From NCBI GenBank assembly GCA_035261845.1, contig DATFTN010000104.1:1-52573 (forward strand): 52,573 nt of DNA. Reading direction: 5' to 3'. The position numbers and the translations under genes were made by a program. Positions 44,649 through 52,573 of this stretch are shown here, piece by piece. Origin of the DNA: Myxococcales bacterium (GTDB lineage: Bacteria > Myxococcota > Myxococcia > Myxococcales > 40CM-4-68-19). How positions within the stretch are numbered: the first letter of the stretch is position 1; each line of letters starts with the position of its first letter. The notes beneath the pieces were generated by a model, which was given only the letters and a program-made list of their open reading frames with translations, did not search any database and had not been told where the DNA came from.

Positions 44649-45521
44649 ATGCGACTGCACCTCGTCGACGGTACCTACGAGCTCTTCCGCGCCCACTATT
44701 CCAAGCGGCCGCCCCACCGGGCGCCGGACGGCAGCGACAAGAAAGCCACGGTGGCGCTCGCCTTCGCGATGCTGGCGCTGCTCCACGACGAGGGCGAGGC
44801 CGTGACCCATGCCGCGGTCGCCTTCGACAATCCGATCCGCAGCTTCCGGAACGACCTGTTCGACGGCTACAAGACCGACGAAGGAGTCCCGCCCGAGCTG
44901 CTCGCCCAGTTCGACTCCGCGGAGGAAGCGGTGCGGGCGCTGGGCATGGCGGTCTGGTCGATGCGCGACTTCGAGGCGGACGACGCGCTCGCCACCGGCG
45001 CCGCGCGGTTCGCCGGCGAAGTGGAGCAAGTCCGCATCCTCACTCCGGACAAGGACCTGGGGCAGTGCCTGCGAGGCACGCACGTGGTCCAGGTGGACCG
45101 GCGCGCGAAGACGGTGATCGACGAGGAGGCACTCTTGCGCCGCCGCGGCATCGGGCCGTCGAGCATCCCCGACCTGCTGGCCCTCACCGGAGACGACGCC
45201 GACGGCATCCCGGGGCTGCCCGGATTCGGAGAGAAGAGCGCCTCTGCACTGCTGGCGAAGTTCATCCACCTCGATCAGATCCCGGCAAACCCGGCCACCT
45301 GGCCCGCCGTGCGCCAGGCCCAGCGCCTCGCCGCCACGCTCGAGGAACATCGTGCCGACGCGCTCCTCTACCGCCGCCTGGCGACGCTGCGCACCGACGC
45401 GCCCATCGGCACGCTCGAGGACGCGCGCTTCCTCGGCGTGCCGCGCGAGCGGTTCCGCGCCCTGTGCGATGCGCTCGGCTCGCGCGACTTGCGCGACCGC
45501 CCCCGCCGCTGGGCTTCCTGA
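44649..45521 (+). CDS. 5'-3' exonuclease (FEN / Pol I N-terminal domain family)
   Basis: LHLVDGTYELFRA, AFDN..SFRNDLFDGYK, EADDALAT, ILTPDKDLGQC and LTGDDADGIPGLPGFGEKSA (H3TH). Confidence 0.8.
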   Translation: MRLHLVDGTYELFRAHYSKRPPHRAPDGSDKKATVALAFAMLALLHDEGEAVTHAAVAFDNPIRSFRNDLFDGYKTDEGVPPELLAQFDSAEEAVRALGMAVWSMRDFEADDALATGAARFAGEVEQVRILTPDKDLGQCLRGTHVVQVDRRAKTVIDEEALLRRRGIGPSSIPDLLALTGDDADGIPGLPGFGEKSASALLAKFIHLDQIPANPATWPAVRQAQRLAATLEEHRADALLYRRLATLRTDAPIGTLEDARFLGVPRERFRALCDALGSRDLRDRPRRWAS

Positions 45522-45589
45522 CGGCCGGTCCCGGGAGCGTGCCCTCCTTGACGGACTAGCGTCCGGAAGCGCACGCTCGAATCACGGGG

Positions 45590-46984
45590 ATGGGCCCGCC
45601 GACAAAGACGCTGTCGCGGGAAGTCAAGCGCGCCAACGCGCGCGCAGGTGTTCCTCACCTGTTCCTGGTGATGAGCTGCGATCGCCCGGCCGCGCCGGCG
45701 CTTCGCCTCTCCTTGGAGCACGTCGACGAGGTGCTGCTGGGTCGCGCGGAGCGCCGAGGCACTTCCCGAGAGGACCGGTCCGGCGTGCCCCGGCTCTGCG
45801 TGGGAGTGGACGACGCCTGGATGTCCGCCTCCCACGCGCTGCTGCGCAGGGTGCTCGGCTCGTGGATGATCGAGGATCTCGGCTCCAAGAACGGCACCCT
45901 GGTGGGCGGGCGGAAGTGCCCGCGGGCGGAGCTTCAGGACGGCGACCTCGTCGAGCTGGGCCACACCTTCTTCCTCTTCCGCGCGCGCGTTCGCGCGGCG
46001 GGCGAAGTGGAGGAATCGACCGCGCTCTCGCCGGCCGTCAGCGGCTTCGCCACGCTCGTGCCCTCCCTCGCCGAGGCGTTCGCGCGGGCGCAAGCGGTGG
46101 CGCGCTCGACCGTGCCGGTGGTGGTCCGGGGAGAGAGCGGCACCGGCAAGGAGGTGGTGGCCTCCGCCATCCACGAGCTGTCGGGTCGCACCGGGCCCTT
46201 CCAGGCGGTGAACTGCGGTGCGCTCCCGCCCAGCCTGGCCGAGTCCGAGCTGCTCGGCTACCGGCGAGGGGCATTCACCGGCGCCGAAGACGACCGCGCG
46301 GGCCTGGTGCGCACCGCCCACGCGGGCACCCTGTTCCTCGACGAGATTGGCGACCTGCCGCTCACCGCGCAGGCGGCGCTGCTGCGCGTCCTGCAGGAGG
46401 GCGAGGTGAAGCCGCTCGGCGCCACGCGTCCGATCAAGGTCGACATGCGCCTCATCTCGGCCACGCACCGGGACCTGGACGCGCTGGCGTCGGAGGACAA
46501 GTTCCGCCCGGATCTGCTTGCCCGGCTCGGGGGATTGACCGTCCACCTTCCCCCGCTGCGCGAGCGGCCCGAGGACCTGGGCCTTCTTTCCGCAGCGCTG
46601 CTCCGCCGGCACTTTCCCGGGCGCGACGTCGAGCTGAGCTGCGGGGCCGCTCGGGCCCTGCTCACCTATCGCTGGCCGCTGAACGTGCGCGAGCTGGAGC
46701 GCTGCCTCCAGGCCGCGGTGGTCCTGGCCGGCGAAGCACCGGTCGAGCTGCGCCACCTTCCGCCAGCCGTCGCCGCCAGCACCGCGGAAGCCGCCGCGCC
46801 GGCGGGCGGGGGAGCGCCGGGGCTGCCGGAGCCGGACCGGCGGCGGCGCGAGGAGATCGTCGCGGCGCTTCGCGAGAGCGGCGGAAACGTGACGGCCGCG
46901 GCCCGCGTGATGGGCAAGGCGCGCGTGCAGCTACAGCGCTGGATCAAGCGCTACCGGATCGACCGCGCCGAGTTCCAACGCTGA
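45590..46984 (+). CDS. Sigma-54-dependent transcriptional activator with N-terminal FHA domain (FHA - AAA+ - Fis-type HTH)
   Basis: FHA: LLGRAE...SASHALLRRVLGSWMIEDLGSKNGTLVGG...GDLVELG. AAA+: VVVRGESGTGKEVVASAIH, the GAFTGA loop (YRRGAFTGA) and GTLFLDEIGDL. C-terminal HTH: GGNVTAAARVMGKARVQLQRWIKRY. Confidence 0.9.
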   Translation: MGPPTKTLSREVKRANARAGVPHLFLVMSCDRPAAPALRLSLEHVDEVLLGRAERRGTSREDRSGVPRLCVGVDDAWMSASHALLRRVLGSWMIEDLGSKNGTLVGGRKCPRAELQDGDLVELGHTFFLFRARVRAAGEVEESTALSPAVSGFATLVPSLAEAFARAQAVARSTVPVVVRGESGTGKEVVASAIHELSGRTGPFQAVNCGALPPSLAESELLGYRRGAFTGAEDDRAGLVRTAHAGTLFLDEIGDLPLTAQAALLRVLQEGEVKPLGATRPIKVDMRLISATHRDLDALASEDKFRPDLLARLGGLTVHLPPLRERPEDLGLLSAALLRRHFPGRDVELSCGAARALLTYRWPLNVRELERCLQAAVVLAGEAPVELRHLPPAVAASTAEAAAPAGGGAPGLPEPDRRRREEIVAALRESGGNVTAAARVMGKARVQLQRWIKRYRIDRAEFQR

Positions 46985-47074
46985 TCCGGGAGCGCCGCGG
47001 TGGCGCCACCGCCCCGGGCATGGCGTTGACGCTGCCGGATCCGCCAGATCCCCCCGAAAGCCCGCGCAAGCTAC

Positions 47075-47090
47075 TGGCACGCACGGTGCT
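47075..47090 (+). promoter_or_regulatory. Sigma-54 promoter (-24/-12) candidate
   Basis: TGGCACGCACGGTGCT matches TGGCACG-N4-TTGCW at every defined position except the first T of the -12 element. The GG/GC spacing is exactly 10 nt. It lies about 25 nt upstream of SD GGGAGG (47104-47109) and ATG 47116. Confidence 0.55.
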
Positions 47091-47115
47091 TGTGTGTCCA
47101 GCCGGGAGGTGTGCG

Positions 47116-47307
47116 ATGGAACGGATCCGGATGTGGCTGTCCCCGGTCGTCCTCGCCCTCGCCTGGCTCACGGGATTCGCATACGTGCTCGCACGCTTGG
47201 GGGAAGTCCACGCCACGGTGGTGATGGCGCAAGAGCAGCAGCGACGGCAGCCTCACCTCGAGGAGGAGCAGCAGCTCAGCTCCGCGCGGGAGCTGGCCAA
47301 GCGCTGA
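47116..47307 (+). CDS. Small membrane protein (63 aa), hypothetical
   Basis: SD GGGAGG precedes ATG 47116. One TM (WLSPVVLALAWLTGFAYVLA) is followed by a Q/E-rich tail. GC3 is clearly higher in this frame than in the overlapping 47094 frame. Confidence 0.5.
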   Translation: MERIRMWLSPVVLALAWLTGFAYVLARLGEVHATVVMAQEQQRRQPHLEEEQQLSSARELAKR

Positions 47308-47441
47308 AGGGGGGCGCCGCGGCGCGGCGGCACGGGGGTTCAGCTCCTGCGTGTCCGCCGCGCCGCGGTGACTTGACTCTGGGTGCGTGCAGCGGCACGG
47401 TAGACGCGGCGCGGCGTGGTTTGCGCCGGAAGCGGGGGCGA

Positions 47442-50054
47442 GTGGTCCAGACCCTCCAGGGTCGCGACCAGTCCAGCGGGGCTGGAGCGCACGCCACGGC
47501 CGACCCTGCCCCTTCGCTCTTCGGCGAGCGCTATTCGATCGACAAGGAGATCGGCCGCGGCGGGATGGGTCGCGTCTTCTCGGCGGTCGACCTCCGCCTG
47601 GGCAGGAGGGTGGCGGTAAAGATCCTCGCGCCTGGAGTGCACGGCGATGAGCAGCTCCGCCGGTTCCAGGTCGAAGCGCGCGCGGCGGCTTCCTTGCAGC
47701 AGCCGAACATCCTCGACGTGTTCGACGTCGGCGTCGACGGCGGCGAGCCGTACATCGTCTCGGAGCTGCTGGAGGGCGCCACCCTTCGCGAGCGGCTTGC
47801 CCGAGGTCCGCTGCCAGCTCTCGACGCGCTCGGTTACGCGCGCCAGCTCGCGGCGGGCCTGGCCGCGGCGCACGCGAACGGAGTGGTGCACCGGGACCTG
47901 AAGCCGGAGAACCTGTTCATCACCCGGGACGACCGGCTGAAGATCCTCGACTTCGGCGTCGCCAAGCTGCTTCCTTCGGACACTCCGGGGAGCGGGCCCG
48001 CCGGCTCGTCGACCGCTTCCGGGGGCATCGTGGGGACCACCCCGTACATGTCGCCGGAGCAGATTCGCGGCGCGTCGGTCGATCCCCGCTCCGACGTGTT
48101 CAGCTTCGGGGCCATCGTTCACGAGATGCTCACGGGAACTCCCGCGTTTCGCGGCGGCTCCACCGTCGAGACCGGATACTCGGTTCTCACTTCGGTTCCG
48201 GCGGGCCTTCCCAGGACGGTGCCGCAGGAGCTTTCGCGGATCGTCTCCCGCTGTCTGGAGAAGGACCCCGCCGATCGCTACGAGGACGCCGCGGCGCTGG
48301 CGAAAGACCTTGAGCAGGCCTCCGTGGCTGCGCCTGCCGGCCGGGCCTGGCGCACCCCCCGGGCGATTCCCTGGGCGATCGCCTGCGCCGCGTTGGCCGC
48401 GTTCCTCATGCTGTACTGGCCGCGCCCCCGCACATCCCTCGCCTCCGACCGGCAGCTGGCGGTCTTGCCCTTCGACAGCGTCGGAGGCGGTGCGCCGCAG
48501 GACGCATTCGCCACCGGACTGAGCGAGCTCCTCACCAACAAGCTGCGGCAGATCGAGCAGTTCCCGGGCAATCTGACGGTGGTCTCGGCGAGCGAGGTCC
48601 TCAGGGAGAACGTCCGAAGCGCGCGGGCGGCGCGCGAAGCGTTCGGAGCCACCATCGTGCTGAACGGCAGCGTCCACTGGTCCGACACCACTGCGCTGGT
48701 CTCGCTCGAGCTGGTGGAGACGCGCAACCAGCTGCTTCTCGCCGCCCGGGACGTCGAGGTGCCCAAGGACCAGCTGGCGAGCTTGCAGATAGCGCTCGTG
48801 CAGAAGGCGGCCGGGATGCTGGACTTCCACCTGCAGCCCGCCGCCCGGCGCGCCCTGGGCGTAGATGCCACCTCGGCGGCGTCCGCGTTGGAGTTTTACT
48901 TGCAGGGGCGGGGCTACCTGCAGCGCTACGACCGGGTCGAGAACCTCGAGAGCGCCATCCGCGTGTTCGACCAGGCCATCGCCATCGACGAGAGCTACGC
49001 TCTCGCGCATGCCGGGAAAGCCGAGGCCCTGCTCCGGCTGTTTCAGATCAGCCGCGATCCCGACGTGGTCGCTCGGGCCGGTGCAAGCGCGAGCCGCGCG
49101 GTGGAGCTCGGTGCCGACCTCGCCCCCGTGCGCGTCACGATGGGTCTGGTGCAGCTGGCGCGCGGCCGGACGACCGAAGCCATCGCCAGCTTCCGGCGGG
49201 CGCTCGCGAGCGAGCCGCGCAACGCCGATGCCCTGCGCGAGCTGGCCAGGGCCTACGAGGCCGCCGGCCAGCTCGCCGAGGCGGAGGCGACCTTCCGGCA
49301 AGCCATCGAGCTGCGACAGAACTCGTGGGCGACGTACAAAGAACTGGCCGTCTTCCTCAACCAGCGGGGTCGGCTGGCCGAGGCGGTCCCTTACCTGGAG
49401 CGGGTCGCCAACCTGACGCCGGACAGCTACTCGGCCTACAGCAATCTGGGCGGGATCTACTTGAGGCTCGGCCGCTTCGAGGATGCGGAACGAAGCTTGC
49501 GCAAGTCGCTCGAGCTTCGCCCGACGGGCATCGCGTATTCGAATCTCGGATCCGTCGCCTACTTGCAGGGCCGCTACCCGGACGCCACCGAGCAGTATCG
49601 AAAGGCTACCGAGCTGAACCCCTCCGATGACCGCTTGTGGGGCGCGCTGGCCGACTCGTATCGCTGGACGCCGGGGCGGGAGGCAGAGGCCGCGCCGGCG
49701 TTCCGGCGCGCCTTGTCGGTCAGCGACCAACAGATATCGCTCGATCCGAACAATGCGCAGCTCCACTCCCGGCGTGCGCAGTACTGGTCCGCCCTCGGCG
49801 ACAAGGAGCGCGCGCAGCAGGAGCTCGCAGTGGCCCTGAAGTCGGCGCCCGGCAACGGCCAGGTCCTGTTCCGCGCGGCGATCGTGCACGAGCAGGCGGG
49901 CCGCAGGCACGAAGCGCTGCGCGAGCTGAAGGAGGCGATCGCGGCGGGCCACTCCATGAACGAGATCGTCAACGCGCCGCCGCTCCGCGCATTGCGCCAG
50001 GATCCGGAAGTCGCCCGTCTGATCGCCGAACGGACCGCCAAGCCGGCTCGATGA
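47442..50054 (+). CDS. Ser/Thr protein kinase - TM - extracytoplasmic domain - TPR repeats
   Basis: Kinase motifs IGRGGMGRVF, VAVKIL, HRDLKPENL, DFGVAK and TPYMSPEQ. TM: AIPWAIACAALAAFLMLYW. LAVLPFDSVGG follows, then multiple TPR units. The start is uncertain: GTG 47442 was chosen where GC3 rises, and TTG 47421 is also possible. Confidence 0.8.
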   Translation: MVQTLQGRDQSSGAGAHATADPAPSLFGERYSIDKEIGRGGMGRVFSAVDLRLGRRVAVKILAPGVHGDEQLRRFQVEARAAASLQQPNILDVFDVGVDGGEPYIVSELLEGATLRERLARGPLPALDALGYARQLAAGLAAAHANGVVHRDLKPENLFITRDDRLKILDFGVAKLLPSDTPGSGPAGSSTASGGIVGTTPYMSPEQIRGASVDPRSDVFSFGAIVHEMLTGTPAFRGGSTVETGYSVLTSVPAGLPRTVPQELSRIVSRCLEKDPADRYEDAAALAKDLEQASVAAPAGRAWRTPRAIPWAIACAALAAFLMLYWPRPRTSLASDRQLAVLPFDSVGGGAPQDAFATGLSELLTNKLRQIEQFPGNLTVVSASEVLRENVRSARAAREAFGATIVLNGSVHWSDTTALVSLELVETRNQLLLAARDVEVPKDQLASLQIALVQKAAGMLDFHLQPAARRALGVDATSAASALEFYLQGRGYLQRYDRVENLESAIRVFDQAIAIDESYALAHAGKAEALLRLFQISRDPDVVARAGASASRAVELGADLAPVRVTMGLVQLARGRTTEAIASFRRALASEPRNADALRELARAYEAAGQLAEAEATFRQAIELRQNSWATYKELAVFLNQRGRLAEAVPYLERVANLTPDSYSAYSNLGGIYLRLGRFEDAERSLRKSLELRPTGIAYSNLGSVAYLQGRYPDATEQYRKATELNPSDDRLWGALADSYRWTPGREAEAAPAFRRALSVSDQQISLDPNNAQLHSRRAQYWSALGDKERAQQELAVALKSAPGNGQVLFRAAIVHEQAGRRHEALRELKEAIAAGHSMNEIVNAPPLRALRQDPEVARLIAERTAKPAR

Positions 50055-50074
50055 GAGGGAGAAAGGAGCAATCC

Positions 50075-50512
50075 ATGCCAGACGGTCGCCGCCCGCCCAC
50101 GAAATGGGTGGTCGAGATTCGAATCGAGAGCGACGGTCAGGGAGCGAAGAATCCCGGAAGCATCATCCCTGGGAACCTGCGGGTGAGGACCAATGACGAG
50201 ATCACCTGGTTTGTCAGCCAGCGGGTCGACCCGAAGTTCCCGACGCCGGTGCCTCCGGAGAAGTTCACGGTCGAGGCGGTCAGGCGGGACGACGTTCGCA
50301 TCTTTCTGACGTTCAAGCAGAACAGTCCCTTCAAAGAGAAGTTCAAGTTCGAAGGCGAGAAGCAGATCACAGACACGGTCAAGACCGTCGTTCCCCAGGG
50401 AAAGGAATTGATCTGCCACTACGGCGTGGTGGTGATGGACAAGGACAAGAAGGTGATCCTCCAGGACACTCACTGCCCGGAGATCATCATCCAGTCGGCT
50501 TCCGGCACCTGA
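50075..50512 (+). CDS. Hypothetical beta-rich small protein (145 aa), visibly lower GC than its neighbours
   Basis: SD AAAGGAG (50062-50068) precedes ATG 50075. I recognise no family. The sequence is Lys/Glu/Phe-rich (FKQNSPFKEKFKFEGEKQITDTVKTVV) and uses more A/T-ending codons than adjacent genes. Confidence 0.55.
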   Translation: MPDGRRPPTKWVVEIRIESDGQGAKNPGSIIPGNLRVRTNDEITWFVSQRVDPKFPTPVPPEKFTVEAVRRDDVRIFLTFKQNSPFKEKFKFEGEKQITDTVKTVVPQGKELICHYGVVVMDKDKKVILQDTHCPEIIIQSASGT

Positions 50513-50534
50513 AAGCTTCTGATATCCCGAGGGC

Positions 50535-51275
50535 ATGGACGTCGCGCTGTTCGTGCCCTGCTACGTCGATCAGTTCTACCCGCGGGTCGGGCTCGCCGCG
50601 GCGGAGGTGCTGGAGCGGCACGGCGCTCGGGTGGTGTTCCCGGAGGACCAGACCTGCTGCGGGCAGCCGATGGCGAACGCCGGCAGCCTGGAAGACGCGC
50701 GGCCTTTGGCGGAGAAGTTCCTCCGCGTGTTCGGCGGGCATCGCTACGTGGTCTGCCCCTCCGGGAGCTGCACCTCGATGGTGCGGAACCATTACGGCCC
50801 GCTGCTGGGGGAGCGCGCCCGGGAGATGCAGGGGAAGGTCTTCGAGCTGTGCGAGTTCCTCCACGACGTCCTGCAAGTCCGGCCGCGCGGGCGATTCCCC
50901 GCGCGAGTGGGGCTCCACCAGAGCTGCCACGGGTTGCGCGAGCTGCGCCTGGGGACCGGCAGCGAGCGGATCCTGCCGGAGCGCGACAAGGTGCGCGAGC
51001 TGCTCTCCGGCATCGACGGCCTGGAGCTGGTGAGGCTCGAACGGCCGGACGAGTGCTGCGGCTTCGGCGGGGCGTTCTCGATCGACGAGGAGGCGGTCTC
51101 CTGCCGGATGGGACGCGACCGCGTCCAGGACCACGAGCGCGCCGGCGCCGAGGTGATCACCGCCGGCGACATGTCCTGCCTGATGCACCTGCAGGGGTTG
51201 ATCCGGCGCGACCGCAAGCCGTTGCGCATCCTGCACCTGGCCGAGCTTCTGGCCGAGGCCGAGGCGCGGCCGTGA
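50535..51275 (+). CDS. lutA: Lactate utilisation protein A (LutA; CCG-domain Fe-S oxidoreductase)
   Basis: Two CCG-type Cys motifs (PCYVDQFYP...CCGQP and QSCHG...ECCGFGG). It is followed by an overlapping LutB homologue. Confidence 0.8.
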   Translation: MDVALFVPCYVDQFYPRVGLAAAEVLERHGARVVFPEDQTCCGQPMANAGSLEDARPLAEKFLRVFGGHRYVVCPSGSCTSMVRNHYGPLLGERAREMQGKVFELCEFLHDVLQVRPRGRFPARVGLHQSCHGLRELRLGTGSERILPERDKVRELLSGIDGLELVRLERPDECCGFGGAFSIDEEAVSCRMGRDRVQDHERAGAEVITAGDMSCLMHLQGLIRRDRKPLRILHLAELLAEAEARP

Positions 51276-52573
51276 GCGCGCACGCGGAGCGCGCCTCGCT
51301 GTTCCTGGTCGATCAGCGGCGCAGCGCTTGGCACGACCAGGCGGTGTGGTGGGTGCGGCAGAAGCGCGACCGCGCGGCGCGCGCCCTGCCCGAGTGGGAG
51401 GAACTGCGCGACCAGGCGTCCCGCATCAAGGCGCACGCTCTCTCGCGGCTCGCCGACTACCTCGAACAGTTCGAGCGCAATGCCATCCGGCTGGGCGCGC
51501 GCGTCCACTGGGCGCGCGACGCGGACGAGCACAACCGGATCGTGCACGGCATCCTGGCGGAGCGCGGCGTCACCCGGCTGGTCAAGAGCAAGTCCATGCT
51601 CACCGAGGAGTGCCACCTCAACCCGTACTTGATCGAACGGGGCATCGAGGTGGTCGACACCGACCTGGGCGAGCGGATCGTGCAGCTCGCCAAGGAGCCG
51701 CCCAGCCACATCGTGATGCCCGCCATCCACAAGAAGAAGGAGGAGATCGGCGAGCTCTTCCACGAGAAGCTGGGCACGCCCGCGGGGCTGTCGGATCCGC
51801 AGAAGCTCACCGAGGCTGCCCGGGCGCACCTGCGCGAGAAGTTCCTGGCGGCGCAGGCGGGGCTCACCGGCGTCAATTTCGCCATCGCGGAGACCGGCGG
51901 ATTCGTCGTCTGCACCAACGAAGGCAACGCCGACCTGGGCGCCTCGCTGCCTCCCCTGCACGTGGCCTGCATGGGCGTGGAGAAGATCGTTCCCCGGACG
52001 AGGGACCTGGGCGTCTTCCTCCGCCTCCTGGCGCGCAGCGCGACGGGGCAGTCGGTCACCGCGTACAGCTCGCATTTCCACGGCCCCAAGCCGGGCGGAG
52101 AGCTGCACATCGTCATCGTCGACAACGGCCGCAGCAAGCTGCTCGGCCGCGAGGAGTTCCGCAGGTCGCTGCAGTGCATCCGCTGCGGCGCGTGCATGAA
52201 CACCTGCCCCGTGTACCGGCGCAGCGGCGGCCACAGCTACGGAGTGACCGTCCCCGGGCCGATCGGTTCGGTGCTGGCGCCGAGCGTCGACGCGCGAAAG
52301 CACGCCGGACTGCCGTTCGCGTCCAGCCTGTGCGGCTCGTGCACGGACGTGTGCCCGGTGAAGATCGATCTGCACCACCAGCTCCTCGCCTGGCGCGCCG
52401 AGCTGGCGCGGGAGGGCTTCGCGCCGAGGTGGAAGCGCGTCGCGGCCTTTTCCGGCGCGCTGGTGCTGCGCTGGACCTGGCTCTACCGCCTGTCGGGCTG
52501 GCTCGCCCGGCGGGTGGTTCCCCACTTGCCGCGCGCGCTCGTCTATTCGCGGCTGAACGCCTGGGGCCGCGGG
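51272..52573 (+). CDS. lutB: Lactate utilisation protein B (LutB; 4Fe-4S iron-sulfur protein), 3' end outside the window
   Basis: GTG 51272 overlaps the lutA TGA (GTGA). My own translation reads VSAHAERASLFLVDQRRSAWHDQ..., GVNFAIAETGGFVVCTNEGN, CIRCGACMNTCPVY (in frame at 52175) and CGSCTDVCPVKI. The frame stays open to the window edge. Confidence 0.8.
   Translation, partial: MSAHAERASLFLVDQRRSAWHDQAVWWVRQKRDRAARALPEWEELRDQASRIKAHALSRLADYLEQFERNAIRLGARVHWARDADEHNRIVHGILAERGVTRLVKSKSMLTEECHLNPYLIERGIEVVDTDLGERIVQLAKEPPSHIVMPAIHKKKEEIGELFHEKLGTPAGLSDPQKLTEAARAHLREKFLAAQAGLTGVNFAIAETGGFVVCTNEGNADLGASLPPLHVACMGVEKIVPRTRDLGVFLRLLARSATGQSVTAYSSHFHGPKPGGELHIVIVDNGRSKLLGREEFRRSLQCIRCGACMNTCPVYRRSGGHSYGVTVPGPIGSVLAPSVDARKHAGLPFASSLCGSCTDVCPVKIDLHHQLLAWRAELAREGFAPRWKRVAAFSGALVLRWTWLYRLSGWLARRVVPHLPRALVYSRLNAWGRG

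Noticed and set aside
47094-47441. The kinase ORF starting at 47094 (986 aa)
   Set aside because: Between 47116 and 47307 the alternative frame has markedly higher GC3, an SD and a TM helix. The 47094 frame gains coding character only from about 47442. The exact kinase start remains uncertain.

Overview
This is a very GC-rich bacterial chromosomal segment (by eye about 70 % G+C, not computed), densely coding on both strands. I saw no rRNA, tRNA, CRISPR array, transposase or integrase. All domain calls come from reading motifs in the supplied translations; no searches were run. The gene content (FHA-type sigma-54 activator, Ser/Thr kinase-TPR protein, poly-HAMP hybrid kinases, class II HMG-CoA reductase) resembles Myxococcota-like or Acidobacteriota-like genomes, but taxonomy is not proven.

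Recognisable genes, in order:
- 5' end: moaE (3' part), an HD-GYP response regulator, a TauE/SafE permease, a long-type FabI, a TlpA-like thioredoxin and an HtrA/DegP protease.
- Isoprenoid pair: HMG-CoA reductase overlapping a polyprenyl synthase.
- Minus-strand block: an M16 peptidase pair, a carboxylesterase and two hybrid histidine kinases, one of which is 1896 aa with about 10 HAMP-containing repeat units of 92 aa.
- Middle: a zinc-ribbon protein, an ATP-grasp plus HExxH-peptidase pair, a PQQ-type sugar dehydrogenase, an FHA-TM-SLT lytic transglycosylase and a cupin.
- Organic-acid block: malate synthase A, TctCBA, a CaCA antiporter, an AAE3-like acyl-CoA synthetase and an ApbA/PanE-family reductase.
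- 3' end: a 5'-3' exonuclease, the FHA sigma-54 activator, a small membrane ORF, the STK-TPR kinase, a small orphan ORF, and LutA plus the start of LutB.

The most unusual locus is 8.7-17.7 kb. Three translationally coupled giant ORFs (1451, 899 and 656 aa) have no recognisable signal peptide or known secretion-system marker. Together they stack at least seven cell-wall-hydrolase-like modules, some with substituted catalytic residues. They sit behind an anomalous AT-rich leader that contains a 22-nt pure A/T tract. I propose this as a candidate undescribed lytic or antibacterial system, or alternatively a wall-remodelling system.

Other notable signals are:
- a four-copy palindromic GCGGAG-type REP-like element family, three copies of which abut TAA stop codons;
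- a strong sigma-54 promoter match linking the FHA activator to the kinase module;
- 276-bp near-identical intragenic repeats in the poly-HAMP kinase gene.
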